64,000 nucleotides of DNA from a bacterium HR21 (GTDB lineage Bacteria; Bacteroidota; Ignavibacteria; Kapaibacteriales; HRBIN21). Below the pieces are notes generated by a model. That model was not told where the DNA came from and made no database searches. It saw only the letters and a list, made by a program, of their open reading frames with translations. The stretch covers positions 265,473-329,472 of the forward strand of contig BEHX01000001.1 in assembly GCA_002898295.1 (NCBI GenBank), written 5' to 3'. The stretch's first letter is position 1. The number at the start of each line of letters is the position of its first letter. Positions 19,402-29,466 of this stretch are shown piece after piece. The translations under genes were made by a program, and so were the position numbers.

Positions 19402-21303
19402 TCATAGGCGCAGCTCTGCCGCAACCGTCATCGCTCGGACCTCTGGACTCTGAACGGGCAACCCCCAGAGCTGGAGCGGGCTGCTTCGGGAAAGCACCCC
19501 CAGGGAGAGCTCCAGCTGCATCCACGGTGCCAGCTCCCACCGCCCCCAGAGGGTTGCATAACTGCCGTAGCCGGTAAGAAAGTGCAACCGCGGGACACTC
19601 GTTGCCGCCCTCTCGTAAACCCATATCCCGAGCGCTGAGCTTGGAATAGCGTACACTCCCAGCCATGCCCGAAGCTCCCACCGCTCGGCACCCACTTCAG
19701 CTCCGGTCAGCAGCAGGAACGCTGCTTCATCGGGAAGCATGCGGGAACGCCACTCACCGCGCAGGCGCCAGCGGAAGCTCGGCAGGACTTGGACAGAGAG
19801 CTCTGCCCGCGCCGATACGAGCCGTTCCTCAAAGAGCTGCCACCAGGGCTTTGCGGACTTCGCCTCCCACTGTGTCCGGTACCGGAGCTGGAACCAAAGC
19901 TCGCTATAGCGCCCCCAACGCCCGCTCCAGCGGATCCCAAACTCACTCCCAGCCGTGGGCACTGGTTTCCCGTACGGCGCTGCTGGGGTGCGGAATACGT
20001 CTCCATAGAGTTGGATCCGCTGCCGCGAGCCGCGCCAGAGTACTCCAACGAAGAATCCCTCCTCATTGCTCACCATCCCTCCGCTCACACCCCCACTGCC
20101 GTATGGAGAACGCAAGCTATCGGGGAAGAAGCGGACAGCAAGGACAGCGTGGAAATTTCCTCGGCGGTACCGAAGAGCGCTCCTCCCACCTCTATTGCCG
20201 TGAGCATCCCGGAGCACTTCCCCCACCCACTCGCCCGAGCCAAAGTCGTAGCTCAGAGCAGCCGATAGCAAGGTGCCACGCTCTCCGAGGAACTGCCCTC
20301 GGCTTTCCGTCTGCAGAGGGCGGGAGTAGTGGAGTCCCAGTATCCCAACCAATGCCCGCAGTTTCCGCCATGACAACTCTGCAGCACCCCCATACGCCTG
20401 TTCCCGAAACGAGAACCGACGGCTCCTGTCCTGGTACGTGGCGAATATGCCATCGGTCACCACACTGCGAACAACTCCCAACGTATCCACTCGACCACTC
20501 CGTGGTGCTCTCGAGAACCAGCCAAGCCATATGCCGCGGAGTTCCCCCCATTGCCACTCCCAGCGAACAGCAACACCTCGGAAGAAGCGCTCTTCCCGCA
20601 CTGACCACCACGGCTCTACATCGCTCTTCCAGCGAAGCACGCTCCCTGCTGAAAATCCACTCCCCGAAAATCCTCCTCCACCCCAGAGGAGCAATCCCGT
20701 CGCACAACTGACTCGATAATCCCCAAACAGGCAGCGCACCCCCTGCCACGGCTCAGCCTGCAGTGAGATACTGACAAAATCTGCTACTCCAGGCTCCCCC
20801 GCGTCCTTATCCCAGCTGCATCCTAAGCGGAGCCACTGCCAGCCTGCTTGCGCCCATCCCTGGGTCCGAAGAAAAGAACCAAGCAGGCTCTCCTTCCCCG
20901 ACACGGCAACCAGCGGCACCGTTGTGACAGAGCGTACCCGTCCCCACCTACCCGGTGGTGGGGAACACTCCAGCGTCGTCGCCTGCTGGAGTACCCAAAG
21001 CTGCTCAGGTGTCAACGCCAAGCTATCACCGAGCTCGGCATAGGAAAGATGAGGAAAACGCTGCAGAAGTGCCCGAATCCGCCGGGCAATCCCTCCAGAT
21101 ATCCCGGGAAGGCGACTGAGCTCCGTAACGGTCGCCTGCAAAAGACAGAGCGGCGCGCGCCGATACCACTCAAACATCTCCAGCGTGCTCACAACCTCCT
21201 CCTCCTGAGCAAGCTCCTCCAGCAGCTCTGCTTCGAAGAGAGGGTGTTCCTGGGCAGAGAGCTCGACCAACGCGCACATCGCGAGTACTCCCCAGCCCCG
21301 CAT
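19402..21303 (-). CDS. Exported protein with N-terminal tandem helix-hairpin-helix (ComEA-like) domain and a large W/R/G-rich C-terminal region (probable OM beta-barrel)
   Basis: Signal peptide, then LSRLPGISGGIARRIRALLQRF ... YAELGDSLALTPEQL (HhH motifs), then ~480 aa of amphipathic beta-strand-like sequence. Confidence 0.5.
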   Translation of the reverse strand: MRGWGVLAMCALVELSAQEHPLFEAELLEELAQEEEVVSTLEMFEWYRRAPLCLLQATVTELSRLPGISGGIARRIRALLQRFPHLSYAELGDSLALTPEQLWVLQQATTLECSPPPGRWGRVRSVTTVPLVAVSGKESLLGSFLRTQGWAQAGWQWLRLGCSWDKDAGEPGVADFVSISLQAEPWQGVRCLFGDYRVSCATGLLLWGGGGFSGSGFSAGSVLRWKSDVEPWWSVREERFFRGVAVRWEWQWGELRGIWLGWFSRAPRSGRVDTLGVVRSVVTDGIFATYQDRSRRFSFREQAYGGAAELSWRKLRALVGILGLHYSRPLQTESRGQFLGERGTLLSAALSYDFGSGEWVGEVLRDAHGNRGGRSALRYRRGNFHAVLAVRFFPDSLRSPYGSGGVSGGMVSNEEGFFVGVLWRGSRQRIQLYGDVFRTPAAPYGKPVPTAGSEFGIRWSGRWGRYSELWFQLRYRTQWEAKSAKPWWQLFEERLVSARAELSVQVLPSFRWRLRGEWRSRMLPDEAAFLLLTGAEVGAERWELRAWLGVYAIPSSALGIWVYERAATSVPRLHFLTGYGSYATLWGRWELAPWMQLELSLGVLSRSSPLQLWGLPVQSPEVRAMTVAAELRL

Positions 21304-22089
21304 TCACTCCCCCCAGCGATAGAGGAGCACAAATCGCTGCGACCATCCGAGCGCTGAATGGAAACCCAGAGTACACTCGAGAGCATATTCCCGAAGCCGG
21401 ACGAGGAACGAGAAGCGTACCTGTGGTGGTGAGCTCCCGAGCTGGAGTGTCAGTGTGGTGTGTGGGATGGGGGTGGTGTTTGTGGTGAGGTAGAAGGTGG
21501 GTGGGGCAAGCGTTGCAATAACGGCATCAACTGATGCTCCCCAGCCCTCCTCCTCCCACCCCCACCCAACTGTGACCCGCTGCCCCACTCCAACGCCCCT
21601 CCCCCAGCGACGCGGTACAACATCCTCCACGCTCACCCCAGCTTTGAGCCGTGGCGCAACCTGAACGCGAGCCCCGAGATCCATTCTGCCCCACCATCGC
21701 GCTGGGACCCCTTCCACGGCATACCGCACGACTTCTGTTGCCACCCCCGCATGGAAGAAGTCCGTCACTCCAAGCCCGATGGCTGTCCGCAGGCTGAGCT
21801 GTGAGAACTTCCCCGTTGCCCGACCCCGCAGCTCTGCCCCCCAGCTCCACCATCCTGTCCCAGGCACAACCACACCGAGCATCCCCCAGTGCAACTCCGG
21901 TAGCCCAAATCGTGACGGCTCGTAGCCGAGCCATCCATACCGCTCGAACTGCCCCACAAGAGCCGGATTTGACAAGTAAACCGGCACCACCACTCCAACT
22001 CCGCTGACCTGCGCTCTGCCGGGAAGCACTCCGCAGCACACAACAGCCCCCAAGGCAAAAGCTCGTATTTTCGAATGTCTGTCAAGCAT
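21304..22089 (-). CDS. PorP/SprF-like T9SS-associated outer-membrane protein (tentative)
   Basis: Signal peptide MLDRHSKIRAFALGAVVCCGVLPGRAQ followed by PVYLSNPALVG, resembling the PorP/SprF N-terminal Y/F-x-NPA-x-x-G signature. Beta-barrel-like composition. Copy 2 of the 13-nt motif lies in its 3' part. Confidence 0.35.
   Translation of the reverse strand: MLDRHSKIRAFALGAVVCCGVLPGRAQVSGVGVVVPVYLSNPALVGQFERYGWLGYEPSRFGLPELHWGMLGVVVPGTGWWSWGAELRGRATGKFSQLSLRTAIGLGVTDFFHAGVATEVVRYAVEGVPARWWGRMDLGARVQVAPRLKAGVSVEDVVPRRWGRGVGVGQRVTVGWGWEEEGWGASVDAVIATLAPPTFYLTTNTTPIPHTTLTLQLGSSPPQVRFSFLVRLREYALECTLGFHSALGWSQRFVLLYRWGE
21513..21525 (-). repeat. Copy 2 of recurrent 13-nt motif GCCGTTATTGCAA
   Basis: Exact 13-mer, preceded on the plus strand by a ~90-nt G/T-rich tract (21421..21512). 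Lies ~210 nt upstream of the HhH-protein start codon. Confidence 0.6.
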
Positions 22090-22103
22090 CCTCCCGCCTC
22101 CGC

Positions 22104-23009
22104 ATGGCAAAGATACTGCCTTTAGGGAAGTTCCAGGCTCTCCTGCTAACGCTCCTCGGAAGCTCCTTTCCCCTTGCTGCCCAGGAACTACAGGCACGCG
22201 TGAGCGTGATCACCGACGCATTGCCTCCGGAGCATCGCTACGATATCGCAACCCTCCAGCAGGATTTGGAGCAGTATCTCAACTCCCAGCGCTTCGGGAC
22301 CCACGACTGGGAAGGTGAGCGCGTCCCTGTCGAGCTGACGATTGTCGTGACCGGGAAGAATGGCTCCTGGTACACTGCTCAGCTGCTCTTCCAGTCCTTC
22401 CGGATTCTCCAAAGCGGTGGGAAAACCCCTCTCCTCCTCTTGGCAGACCCCGACTGGAGCTTCCGCTACACTCGTGGTGCATTCCTGAGCTACCAGCCGC
22501 TGCGCTACGACCCTCTTCTAACCCCGATTGATTTCGCTGTCTTGCTGGCTCTTGGTCTTGACAGCGATACCTATGAGGAACTTGGGGGCACACCGTACTT
22601 CCAGCAGGCACACAACCTTGCCCAGATAGCAGCCTCCCAGAACGCCAAAGGCTTCGAGACTTTCACCGAACCTGGACAGTTCAGTCGCCTTGCCCTCAGC
22701 GCTGAATACCTGCACCCCCGCATGGAGTTCTTCCGGCGCTTCCTCTTCGCTTACCACGTTGACGGATTGGAGCAACTCGCGCACAACCCGCCCGCAGCCC
22801 TCTCCACTCTCGACAGCCTCCTGACAGAGCTGCTCTCCTTCAAGGAACGCCTTGGTGTCCCCAGCCTTGCCCTCCAGCTCTTCTTCGACGCCAAGTACCA
22901 GGAGCTCATCAACATCTTCCGTACCTGGAATTCACCCACGCTGCTGGCACGCCTCCGCGCTCTTGATCCCAAGCACGGTACCGACTACGAGCGCGGGCTC
23001 GGACAGTGA
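22104..23009 (+). CDS. Hypothetical exported protein (Bacteroidetes DUF-type, ~300 aa)
   Basis: Signal peptide MAKILPLGKFQALLLTLLGSSFPLAAQE; no catalytic motifs recognised. Confidence 0.45.
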   Translation: MAKILPLGKFQALLLTLLGSSFPLAAQELQARVSVITDALPPEHRYDIATLQQDLEQYLNSQRFGTHDWEGERVPVELTIVVTGKNGSWYTAQLLFQSFRILQSGGKTPLLLLADPDWSFRYTRGAFLSYQPLRYDPLLTPIDFAVLLALGLDSDTYEELGGTPYFQQAHNLAQIAASQNAKGFETFTEPGQFSRLALSAEYLHPRMEFFRRFLFAYHVDGLEQLAHNPPAALSTLDSLLTELLSFKERLGVPSLALQLFFDAKYQELINIFRTWNSPTLLARLRALDPKHGTDYERGLGQ

Positions 23010-24875
23010 CTACTCCAGAAACCCCCACGTTAGCTCGAATACCAAGCTCCGCCCGGGCTGAGGATACCACGGCATCTGGTACCAAGGCACGTTGAGCAGG
23101 TTACGGAGAGCAAGCCGCACATACGCCATCCCTAGCCGCGCGGCAATTCGTAACTCCCCACCGGAGTGCTGGAACACCTTGCTCCCCTCCGCCTGGTGCA
23201 GACTCCAGAGGATCGGGGAGAGGCGAAGAGGCGCAACTCGGAAAAGCTCCCAACTGACTTCCCCCCGGAGAAGGCTCTGTCCGAAACGACGCTCGGTACG
23301 GACGCTGAACACCACCCGTGCAGTACGCCAGACCGCCTCAGCGAGCGGGAGGGCATCGAAGGCAAGCTCAAGCTCCCCTCCGAGAAGGGCATACCAGAGC
23401 TGTCCCCAGAGGAGGAGTCCGCTCTGAGGAGCTTGGCTTGGGGCAGGAGGAGAGGGGTTTGTAGGTGGTGTTCCACTTGCAATAACGGCGTTTAGGAGCC
23501 GCTGCCCAATGACCCCTGCTTTCCACCCCCATCCCCTATCCCCCCACCCAATCTCCCCCAGCGCTTGGAGAATTTCCTCGCCTTCCCCCGTTTCCACTGC
23601 CGCCTGGGAACGTCTACCCCGGCACAGATCAGCACGCCACCACCCCTTTCCCCAACGCCCCATCGCACCCACCCCGCCAGTAATGACCGCATCCCCTTCG
23701 TCAAGCCCCAGCCGCACCCCCGCCTGGAGTATCGCTTCTCCCAGCCCCCAGCGCCCGAGAAGATACCCAGCGGCTCGCCGTCGCTCAAGCTGACTGGCAA
23801 AGGAAAGCTGGGGGCTACGCCCCATCTCCCCCATGAGACCCGCCACCCACCTTCCGCCCGCAGCCGAAGCAAGTTCACCCTGGAGGCGGATACCGAGTTG
23901 CCACGTCCGCCAGTGCTCGTCCTGGGCGCCTCTGTCCGCAGATTCGCCCCAGTGACGCTCCCAGAGCACCGGCACGTACCACAGCTGCGCTACGACATTC
24001 CGCTGCGAATCTGGCTGCCACAGCATCGTCAACGTCACATCATGTCGGTAGAGGCGGTCGTTGAGCTCCTCGAACACAGGGCGCGCAGCCAGAGGGTCCC
24101 ACCATGTTGGAGTGGCAGCGGCATCAATGCCGCCGTTGAGCCCGAGAACCCACTGCGTGAAGAGCTCGCTCAGCGTGACCGACAGCTGTGGCAGCGGTAC
24201 CCAGTGGAGGCGCAGGCGGACATTCCATCCATTGCTTCCCCCGTTAGCAAAGCGTCCCTCCGAACTGAGCCGTCGGTATCCTCCCGTCAATTCCCAGGCA
24301 GGATGAGGACTGAGCACGAACATCCCATCGGAGCCCCCGACTCCGTATGCCGCGTTGAGGTACCACAGACGCGAGAGGAGCCGCCCAGTACGCCATGTCG
24401 GTTCTACAACATTGAGAGCAATCCCCAACGCATCCCACGTCAGCACAACAGCCTCCGTCCCCTGCAGCACCTCAACCCTGCCGACAAACTCCGGTGGATA
24501 CAACTCCGGCGACATTACTCCAAAGGTTAGCTCCTGCCACGGACGCCCGTTGAGACAGAGCGCCACCCCACGCGGTGAAACTCTCCCGACCATGAGCGTA
24601 TGCCAGCCTCCCGCCTCGCCTGTGTGGAGGCTACCCAAAGGGATGGCAGAACGCAGGAGCTCTGTCATCCCGATGTAAACTCGCCACGGAATATCTTCGG
24701 CGCGGAGCACTACCGGAGGTGGCTCCCCAACTCGTGCCTGCCCATACCCCTCCGGACCAAGGCGGCGAAAGACCACTGGCGCGGCTGTATCAGGCTCGTT
24801 CCCACCCCGGCATGGGATGACCGTTGCCAGCGAAAGCCACCATAGCGCCGAAAGATGGGATACCCGTACCCTCAT
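23010..24875 (-). CDS. Outer-membrane protein with degenerate TonB-dependent-receptor plug-like N-terminus (tentative)
   Basis: Signal peptide MRVRVSHLSALWWLSLATVIPC. NGRPWQELTFG ... EFVGRVEVLQGTEAVVL loosely resembles the TBDR plug (DG.P...IERIEVL.GP). C-terminal TWGF. Copy 3 of the 13-nt motif is internal. Confidence 0.35.
   Translation of the reverse strand: MRVRVSHLSALWWLSLATVIPCRGGNEPDTAAPVVFRRLGPEGYGQARVGEPPPVVLRAEDIPWRVYIGMTELLRSAIPLGSLHTGEAGGWHTLMVGRVSPRGVALCLNGRPWQELTFGVMSPELYPPEFVGRVEVLQGTEAVVLTWDALGIALNVVEPTWRTGRLLSRLWYLNAAYGVGGSDGMFVLSPHPAWELTGGYRRLSSEGRFANGGSNGWNVRLRLHWVPLPQLSVTLSELFTQWVLGLNGGIDAAATPTWWDPLAARPVFEELNDRLYRHDVTLTMLWQPDSQRNVVAQLWYVPVLWERHWGESADRGAQDEHWRTWQLGIRLQGELASAAGGRWVAGLMGEMGRSPQLSFASQLERRRAAGYLLGRWGLGEAILQAGVRLGLDEGDAVITGGVGAMGRWGKGWWRADLCRGRRSQAAVETGEGEEILQALGEIGWGDRGWGWKAGVIGQRLLNAVIASGTPPTNPSPPAPSQAPQSGLLLWGQLWYALLGGELELAFDALPLAEAVWRTARVVFSVRTERRFGQSLLRGEVSWELFRVAPLRLSPILWSLHQAEGSKVFQHSGGELRIAARLGMAYVRLALRNLLNVPWYQMPWYPQPGRSLVFELTWGFLE
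23477..23489 (-). repeat. Copy 3 of recurrent 13-nt motif GCCGTTATTGCAA
   Basis: Exact 13-mer, preceded on the plus strand by a G-rich tract (23441..23476) and followed by a C-rich tract. Confidence 0.6.
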
Positions 24876-24940
24876 TGCCAGACGCGACCGTGCCGTCCCC
24901 TCTCCGGGAACGGCACGGTATCTCCAAGGCGCCACCGGCG

Positions 24941-27898
24941 TTACCGTACGAGCACAAGGCGTCCATCAGAGCGCAGCAGGCGCCCGTCCTCTGTCCGCAG
25001 CCGCACTGTATAGGCGTAGCTACCTGGCGCAACCGTCTCCAGCGGGATGCGCACCGACTCTTGGACACCGTCGTAGCTGCCATGCCACACCTGCCGTCCA
25101 TCAACTCCATAGACAGCGACCTCCACCTCACCACTGCTGGGCAGTTGCAGCACAAGGTAGAGCTCCCGTCCATCGGAGACGGTCGGGCGCACGCTGGCTT
25201 GGAATTCCTCAGGGTAGTCGTAGAGGACCGTCACGGAGCGGAGGAAGTGGACGGTGCCATCATCATCGACGCTTTCCAGGACGTACGTGTACTGGTGCCC
25301 CCGCCGGAGTTCCCGGCGGTCTGTGTAGTGGTAATCCCGTCCCATCGGGGTTGAGCCCATACCTCGGAGCTCGGGATGAGTCTCGTACGAGGCAAGGAGT
25401 TCAAAAGGACCGTCTCCTGTTGCATCATCCCGGCGCCAGAGGCGAAAGCCCAGGTTCCGCTCCTCAGAGGCAGTCCGCCAGCTCAACACTATACCTTCCC
25501 GCCGCGGCTGTGCGAGGAAAAACTCCAGCTGCACAGGGAGTGCGAAATCGCCACTACGCCCGTTGGAGAAGTAAAACTCGCCGTTGATGTTGCCATAACT
25601 GGCGTCAATCGGGGTCTGCCCAACCCCTTGGAAGGTGGTAAGGGCAACAGTCACCGAACTGGAAGATCCCATCGCATAGCCGAATGAGCTCAGGTCGCTG
25701 GCGCGGGGGAAGAGATCCGTAAAGCCATGCCCAACCCACCGGTAGACCCGCATCGCGTTGGGATTCTGTCCGTTGAGCTCGACAGTGTTGTTGGGATTGT
25801 AGCTCAGCGTGATGTCGTGTCCCGCCGTATTGCCCTGGTTTGTCGCGACGAGTTTGTACCCGCGCAACACATTCCCCGGCACCCCTGGTCCGAGCACATT
25901 GGAGAAGTTTCGCACGAAAGGCGAGCCCAGCCACCGTGTGACTGTCGTAGAGCCGAGGAAGTTCGTCGTGCTGGATCCTGTCGTAATGCTCAACCCAATA
26001 TTGCCGAAGCTGTAGGTTGTCCCTGCCGCAGAGATGTTCTCGGTCGCTTCCACCGTGCCGTAGAGCTTCCCATCATCGCCTGTTGCCGTCTCGACCAACG
26101 TTGCCCCGGTGGAGCGGTCCAAAATGACCTTATAGGTTCCCTGCGTGGTTCCCTTCGCGCCGCTGCCAACTGTCAGCGTCCCCTTGACTGTCACATCAGC
26201 CTGTGGGAAGGTCTTTGTTCCACCGGTAGTGAGCTGGAGGTTGTAGTACGTGGTGTTGAAGATGTGCTGGTCACCGTTACGATCGTAAATAACTGTCGAG
26301 TTCGGCTCTGTAGTCAAGCTGGTAAAGCCGACCCCAGGGAGGTCTGGGCTTGCACCGGGCGCATTGGGAATGCGCAGCGTTGCCCCGGATTTGACCGTCA
26401 CGCTGTTGGTGGCGCTGACAGGGTTGATCTTGTAGCCATTCATGTTCAGCACTGGGGCATCGCTCCCCGTACCGACGATGACCGTCGCTGCGTTGAAGTT
26501 ACCGGTCATTGTCTTCGTCGTGTTGTTCCCCTCGAGCCTCACCGTACCATTGAACGTGTAACCGCTCGGGAGGTTCTGGTTCGCGTTGAAGGCGATGAAG
26601 CGGACGGTCCCATTCCACGTTGTGGGAAAACCGTTGTAATTCGTCCCGATTGCCCCGCGAACGATATACGTATTGTTCGACTGTGTGGTTGGAGTGTTTG
26701 TGACGCTGAAACCATCGGTATCGAACTGTGTGTCCAGCGTGAAGTTATCATTGTCCAAAACGAGCGTCGTGACCAAGCAGGTCCCCGGCTCCAGAGTCTT
26801 CGTCCCGCTCCCGCTGAAGCGGAGGGTCTGATATGCCGAGCCGTCCGGGAGAGAGACGTCCACCGATTGGTCCCCGTTACGGCGGTACCACACCGTGGTA
26901 TTCCCCCACGTATAGGTCGGATTTGCGCCGAAAACGTAGTTCGACCCGGTACCACCGGTGAAAGCAAGTCCACGCACCTCAAAGGTCACAGTTCCAAAAT
27001 TGTGTGTTGCGTTATTCCCTTGGAAGGAGAAGCGCCCCGAGGCATTATCGGCAGCTTGGGTGAAGGTTACCGAGGAGTTGGTCCCGGTTCCGTAGTTGTG
27101 TGTCACCCCACCGGCACTGAAGCTGAGGATGTAGTTCCCGCTCGCGTTCATGCTGAGAGTGACGTTCGTGTTGTTCGCGCTGGCGATGGTATTGGCGCCT
27201 CCGTTGAGGGAGACGGAGGCAGCTATGTTGACGTTGATGGTGACAGAGGTGTTGATGGTGATGTTATCCCCGTTGGCGGGAACCCCATCAGGATTCCAGT
27301 TTGCGGCATCGTTCCAGTTCGTTGTCCCCGCTCCCCCGTCCCAGGTGCGCAGCGTCGAGATGCCCTCAGGGATCCGCACCTTCGACCAGTCCTTCAGCGG
27401 AGCACTGCCAGGGATACCAGCGTACTCCTGCCCATCGCTCAGGGCGACAACCACTCCTAAATCACCCACGATGAGCCGCTCGGGTGCAAGCCGATAGCAC
27501 TCGGTGAAGGTGCGCTCCTCGGGAACAAGCAGCGTCCCATTGAGCCTGAGCGCACCACGGACCTCGAGGAAGGCTCCTGGCGCTTGGGGATCTACGAGAG
27601 CGAAGTTCGTCACATGGGCGTCGCCCCAGACTGTCAGCGGTGCTGTAAGCGTCAGGGTTGCTTTCGAGATCGTCAGACTCCGGCACTCGGCAGGGTGCGA
27701 GACGAAGATCCAGCTGTGGATGAGCACATCATCCTCTGGTGTTGGGACCCCATACGGTCGCCAGTTTGCTGGGTCATGCCATTGCTGAAGCTCAGGGCGA
27801 ACCTCGTTCGTGACCGGCGGTGACCAGATCTTCTGTGTTGCCAGAGCAACAATGCCTCCCGACAGGAGCCAGGCGAGGGACAGGACGAAGCGTTGCAT
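24941..27898 (-). CDS. Large N/T/G-rich beta-helix-type surface protein (adhesin-like) with T9SS C-terminal sorting domain
   Basis: Signal peptide MQRFVLSLAWLLSGGIVALATQ; ~800 aa of Asn/Thr/Gly-rich repeats (NxTxT patterns). C-terminal ~80 aa (EVEVAVYGVDGRQVWHGSYDGVQESVRIPLETVAPGSYAYTVRLRTEDGRLLRSDGRLVLVR) match the Por-secretion CTD pattern. Confidence 0.7.
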   Translation of the reverse strand: MQRFVLSLAWLLSGGIVALATQKIWSPPVTNEVRPELQQWHDPANWRPYGVPTPEDDVLIHSWIFVSHPAECRSLTISKATLTLTAPLTVWGDAHVTNFALVDPQAPGAFLEVRGALRLNGTLLVPEERTFTECYRLAPERLIVGDLGVVVALSDGQEYAGIPGSAPLKDWSKVRIPEGISTLRTWDGGAGTTNWNDAANWNPDGVPANGDNITINTSVTINVNIAASVSLNGGANTIASANNTNVTLSMNASGNYILSFSAGGVTHNYGTGTNSSVTFTQAADNASGRFSFQGNNATHNFGTVTFEVRGLAFTGGTGSNYVFGANPTYTWGNTTVWYRRNGDQSVDVSLPDGSAYQTLRFSGSGTKTLEPGTCLVTTLVLDNDNFTLDTQFDTDGFSVTNTPTTQSNNTYIVRGAIGTNYNGFPTTWNGTVRFIAFNANQNLPSGYTFNGTVRLEGNNTTKTMTGNFNAATVIVGTGSDAPVLNMNGYKINPVSATNSVTVKSGATLRIPNAPGASPDLPGVGFTSLTTEPNSTVIYDRNGDQHIFNTTYYNLQLTTGGTKTFPQADVTVKGTLTVGSGAKGTTQGTYKVILDRSTGATLVETATGDDGKLYGTVEATENISAAGTTYSFGNIGLSITTGSSTTNFLGSTTVTRWLGSPFVRNFSNVLGPGVPGNVLRGYKLVATNQGNTAGHDITLSYNPNNTVELNGQNPNAMRVYRWVGHGFTDLFPRASDLSSFGYAMGSSSSVTVALTTFQGVGQTPIDASYGNINGEFYFSNGRSGDFALPVQLEFFLAQPRREGIVLSWRTASEERNLGFRLWRRDDATGDGPFELLASYETHPELRGMGSTPMGRDYHYTDRRELRRGHQYTYVLESVDDDGTVHFLRSVTVLYDYPEEFQASVRPTVSDGRELYLVLQLPSSGEVEVAVYGVDGRQVWHGSYDGVQESVRIPLETVAPGSYAYTVRLRTEDGRLLRSDGRLVLVR

Positions 27899-28098
27899 GG
27901 GGTTCCCTCCAGGTTTGTCACATACACACCGTCCACAGCATAGCATAGCAGGACAGCCGCAAACTTACGGTGTCCGCCCAAATCCCTCCCCCCTTCCCGT
28001 GCCGGCGTGTGCGAAAATACGGATGTCTGCCGAAACACCACGTGCAGTGACGTCCCGCTTCGTCTCTGCACCCAGTGTAGCACACGCAGGGGACAAGG

Positions 28099-29466
28099 AT
28101 GGAGTTCGTCAGCATCTCTCCCCTGACGGGGAAGCTTCTCCGGCGGTATGAACCCCATGACCCGCGGGAGGTTACCCAACGTCTACAGCGGGCTGAAGCG
28201 GCATTCCCTGCATGGGTTGCCTTGGGATTCAGCGGGCGAGCAGCATTGATGCGCCGCATGGCAGCTGCTCTGCGGGAGCGTGCACAGGTATACGCTGAGC
28301 TGTTCGCTGAGGAGATGGGGAAGCTGCTCCCTCAAGGGGTTGCGGAGGTGGAGAAATGCGCCTGGGTTTGCGACTATTACGCTGACAATGCCGAGCGCTT
28401 CCTTGCAGCTGAACCCGTGGCAACAGAGTTTTCCCGAAGCTACGTTGCTTTCCAGCCGCTGGGCTGCATTCTGGCGATCATGCCCTGGAATTTCCCGTTC
28501 TGGCAGGTCTTCCGGTTTGCCGCCGCCGCACTCATGGCAGGCAATGTTGTCGTGCTCAAGCATGCCCCAAACGTCACAGCGACCGCATTGGCGCTCGAGG
28601 GACTTTTCCGGGAGGTGGGTTTTCCCGAGGGCGTTTTCCAAGTCCTCCTCGTGCCTGTAGAGCGCATTCCGGAGCTCATCCAGCACCCGACAATTGCTGC
28701 TGTGACGCTCACCGGCAGTACTCGTGCGGGACGTGCCGTCGCGGCACAGGCTGGGGCTGCGTTGAAGAAGACTGTCCTCGAGCTCGGGGGCAGCGACCCT
28801 TACCTCATCCTGGAGGATGCCGATCTGGAACCGACGGTCGAAACCTGCGTTGCTGCCCGCCTCATCAACAGCGGGCAGAGCTGTATTGCAGCCAAGCGCT
28901 TCATCGTCCTGGAGCCGCTTCGCACTGCCTTCGAGGAAGCTTTCGTCGAAGCCATGCGGCGTCAAGTGATGGGAGCCCCCAGCGATCGCAATGCCACGCT
29001 GGGACCTCTAGCCCGGCAGGATCTCCGCGATACCCTGCATGGTCAAGTCCGAGAAAGTCTCCGGCGGGGAGCACGCCTCCTCCTCGGTGGGGAAGTCCCT
29101 GCTCTGCGTGGCTGGTTCTATCCCCCAACAGTACTCACCGATGTCCGCCCGGGCATGCCTGTATTCGATGAGGAAACCTTCGGTCCGGTAGCTGCGATTG
29201 TGCCTGCACGCACTGAGCAGGAAGCTATCGAGCTGGCGAATACTTCGGCGTACGGGCTGGGCGCAGCAGTCTTTACGCGTGACCGTGAGCGTGGGGAACG
29301 CATCGCCCGCGAGCAGCTCCAGGCAGGCTCGTGCTTTGTCAATGCCTATGTCCGCTCCGACCCACGCCTTCCCTTCGGCGGCATCAAGCAGTCGGGATGG
29401 GGGCGGGAGCTCTCGGTTTTCGGCATTCGGGAATTTGTCAACATCAAGACCGTCTGCGTGGCTTAG
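28099..29466 (+). CDS. NAD(P)+-dependent aldehyde dehydrogenase (succinate-semialdehyde dehydrogenase-like)
   Basis: ALDH family motifs: VLKHAPNV, LELGGSDP, catalytic Cys in GQSCIAAKRF, and C-terminal PFGGIKQSGWGRE. Confidence 0.85.
   Translation: MEFVSISPLTGKLLRRYEPHDPREVTQRLQRAEAAFPAWVALGFSGRAALMRRMAAALRERAQVYAELFAEEMGKLLPQGVAEVEKCAWVCDYYADNAERFLAAEPVATEFSRSYVAFQPLGCILAIMPWNFPFWQVFRFAAAALMAGNVVVLKHAPNVTATALALEGLFREVGFPEGVFQVLLVPVERIPELIQHPTIAAVTLTGSTRAGRAVAAQAGAALKKTVLELGGSDPYLILEDADLEPTVETCVAARLINSGQSCIAAKRFIVLEPLRTAFEEAFVEAMRRQVMGAPSDRNATLGPLARQDLRDTLHGQVRESLRRGARLLLGGEVPALRGWFYPPTVLTDVRPGMPVFDEETFGPVAAIVPARTEQEAIELANTSAYGLGAAVFTRDRERGERIAREQLQAGSCFVNAYVRSDPRLPFGGIKQSGWGRELSVFGIREFVNIKTVCVA

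Noticed and set aside
23132-23482. Minus-strand ORF beginning right after motif copy 3 (MQVEHHLQTPLLLPQ...), in the same motif-relative frame as the real start of the 5373..7184 gene
   Set aside because: The product is Ser/Arg-rich, with no signal peptide or hydrophobic core, and lies wholly inside the better-supported 23010..24875 ORF. Treated as a spurious high-GC ORF.
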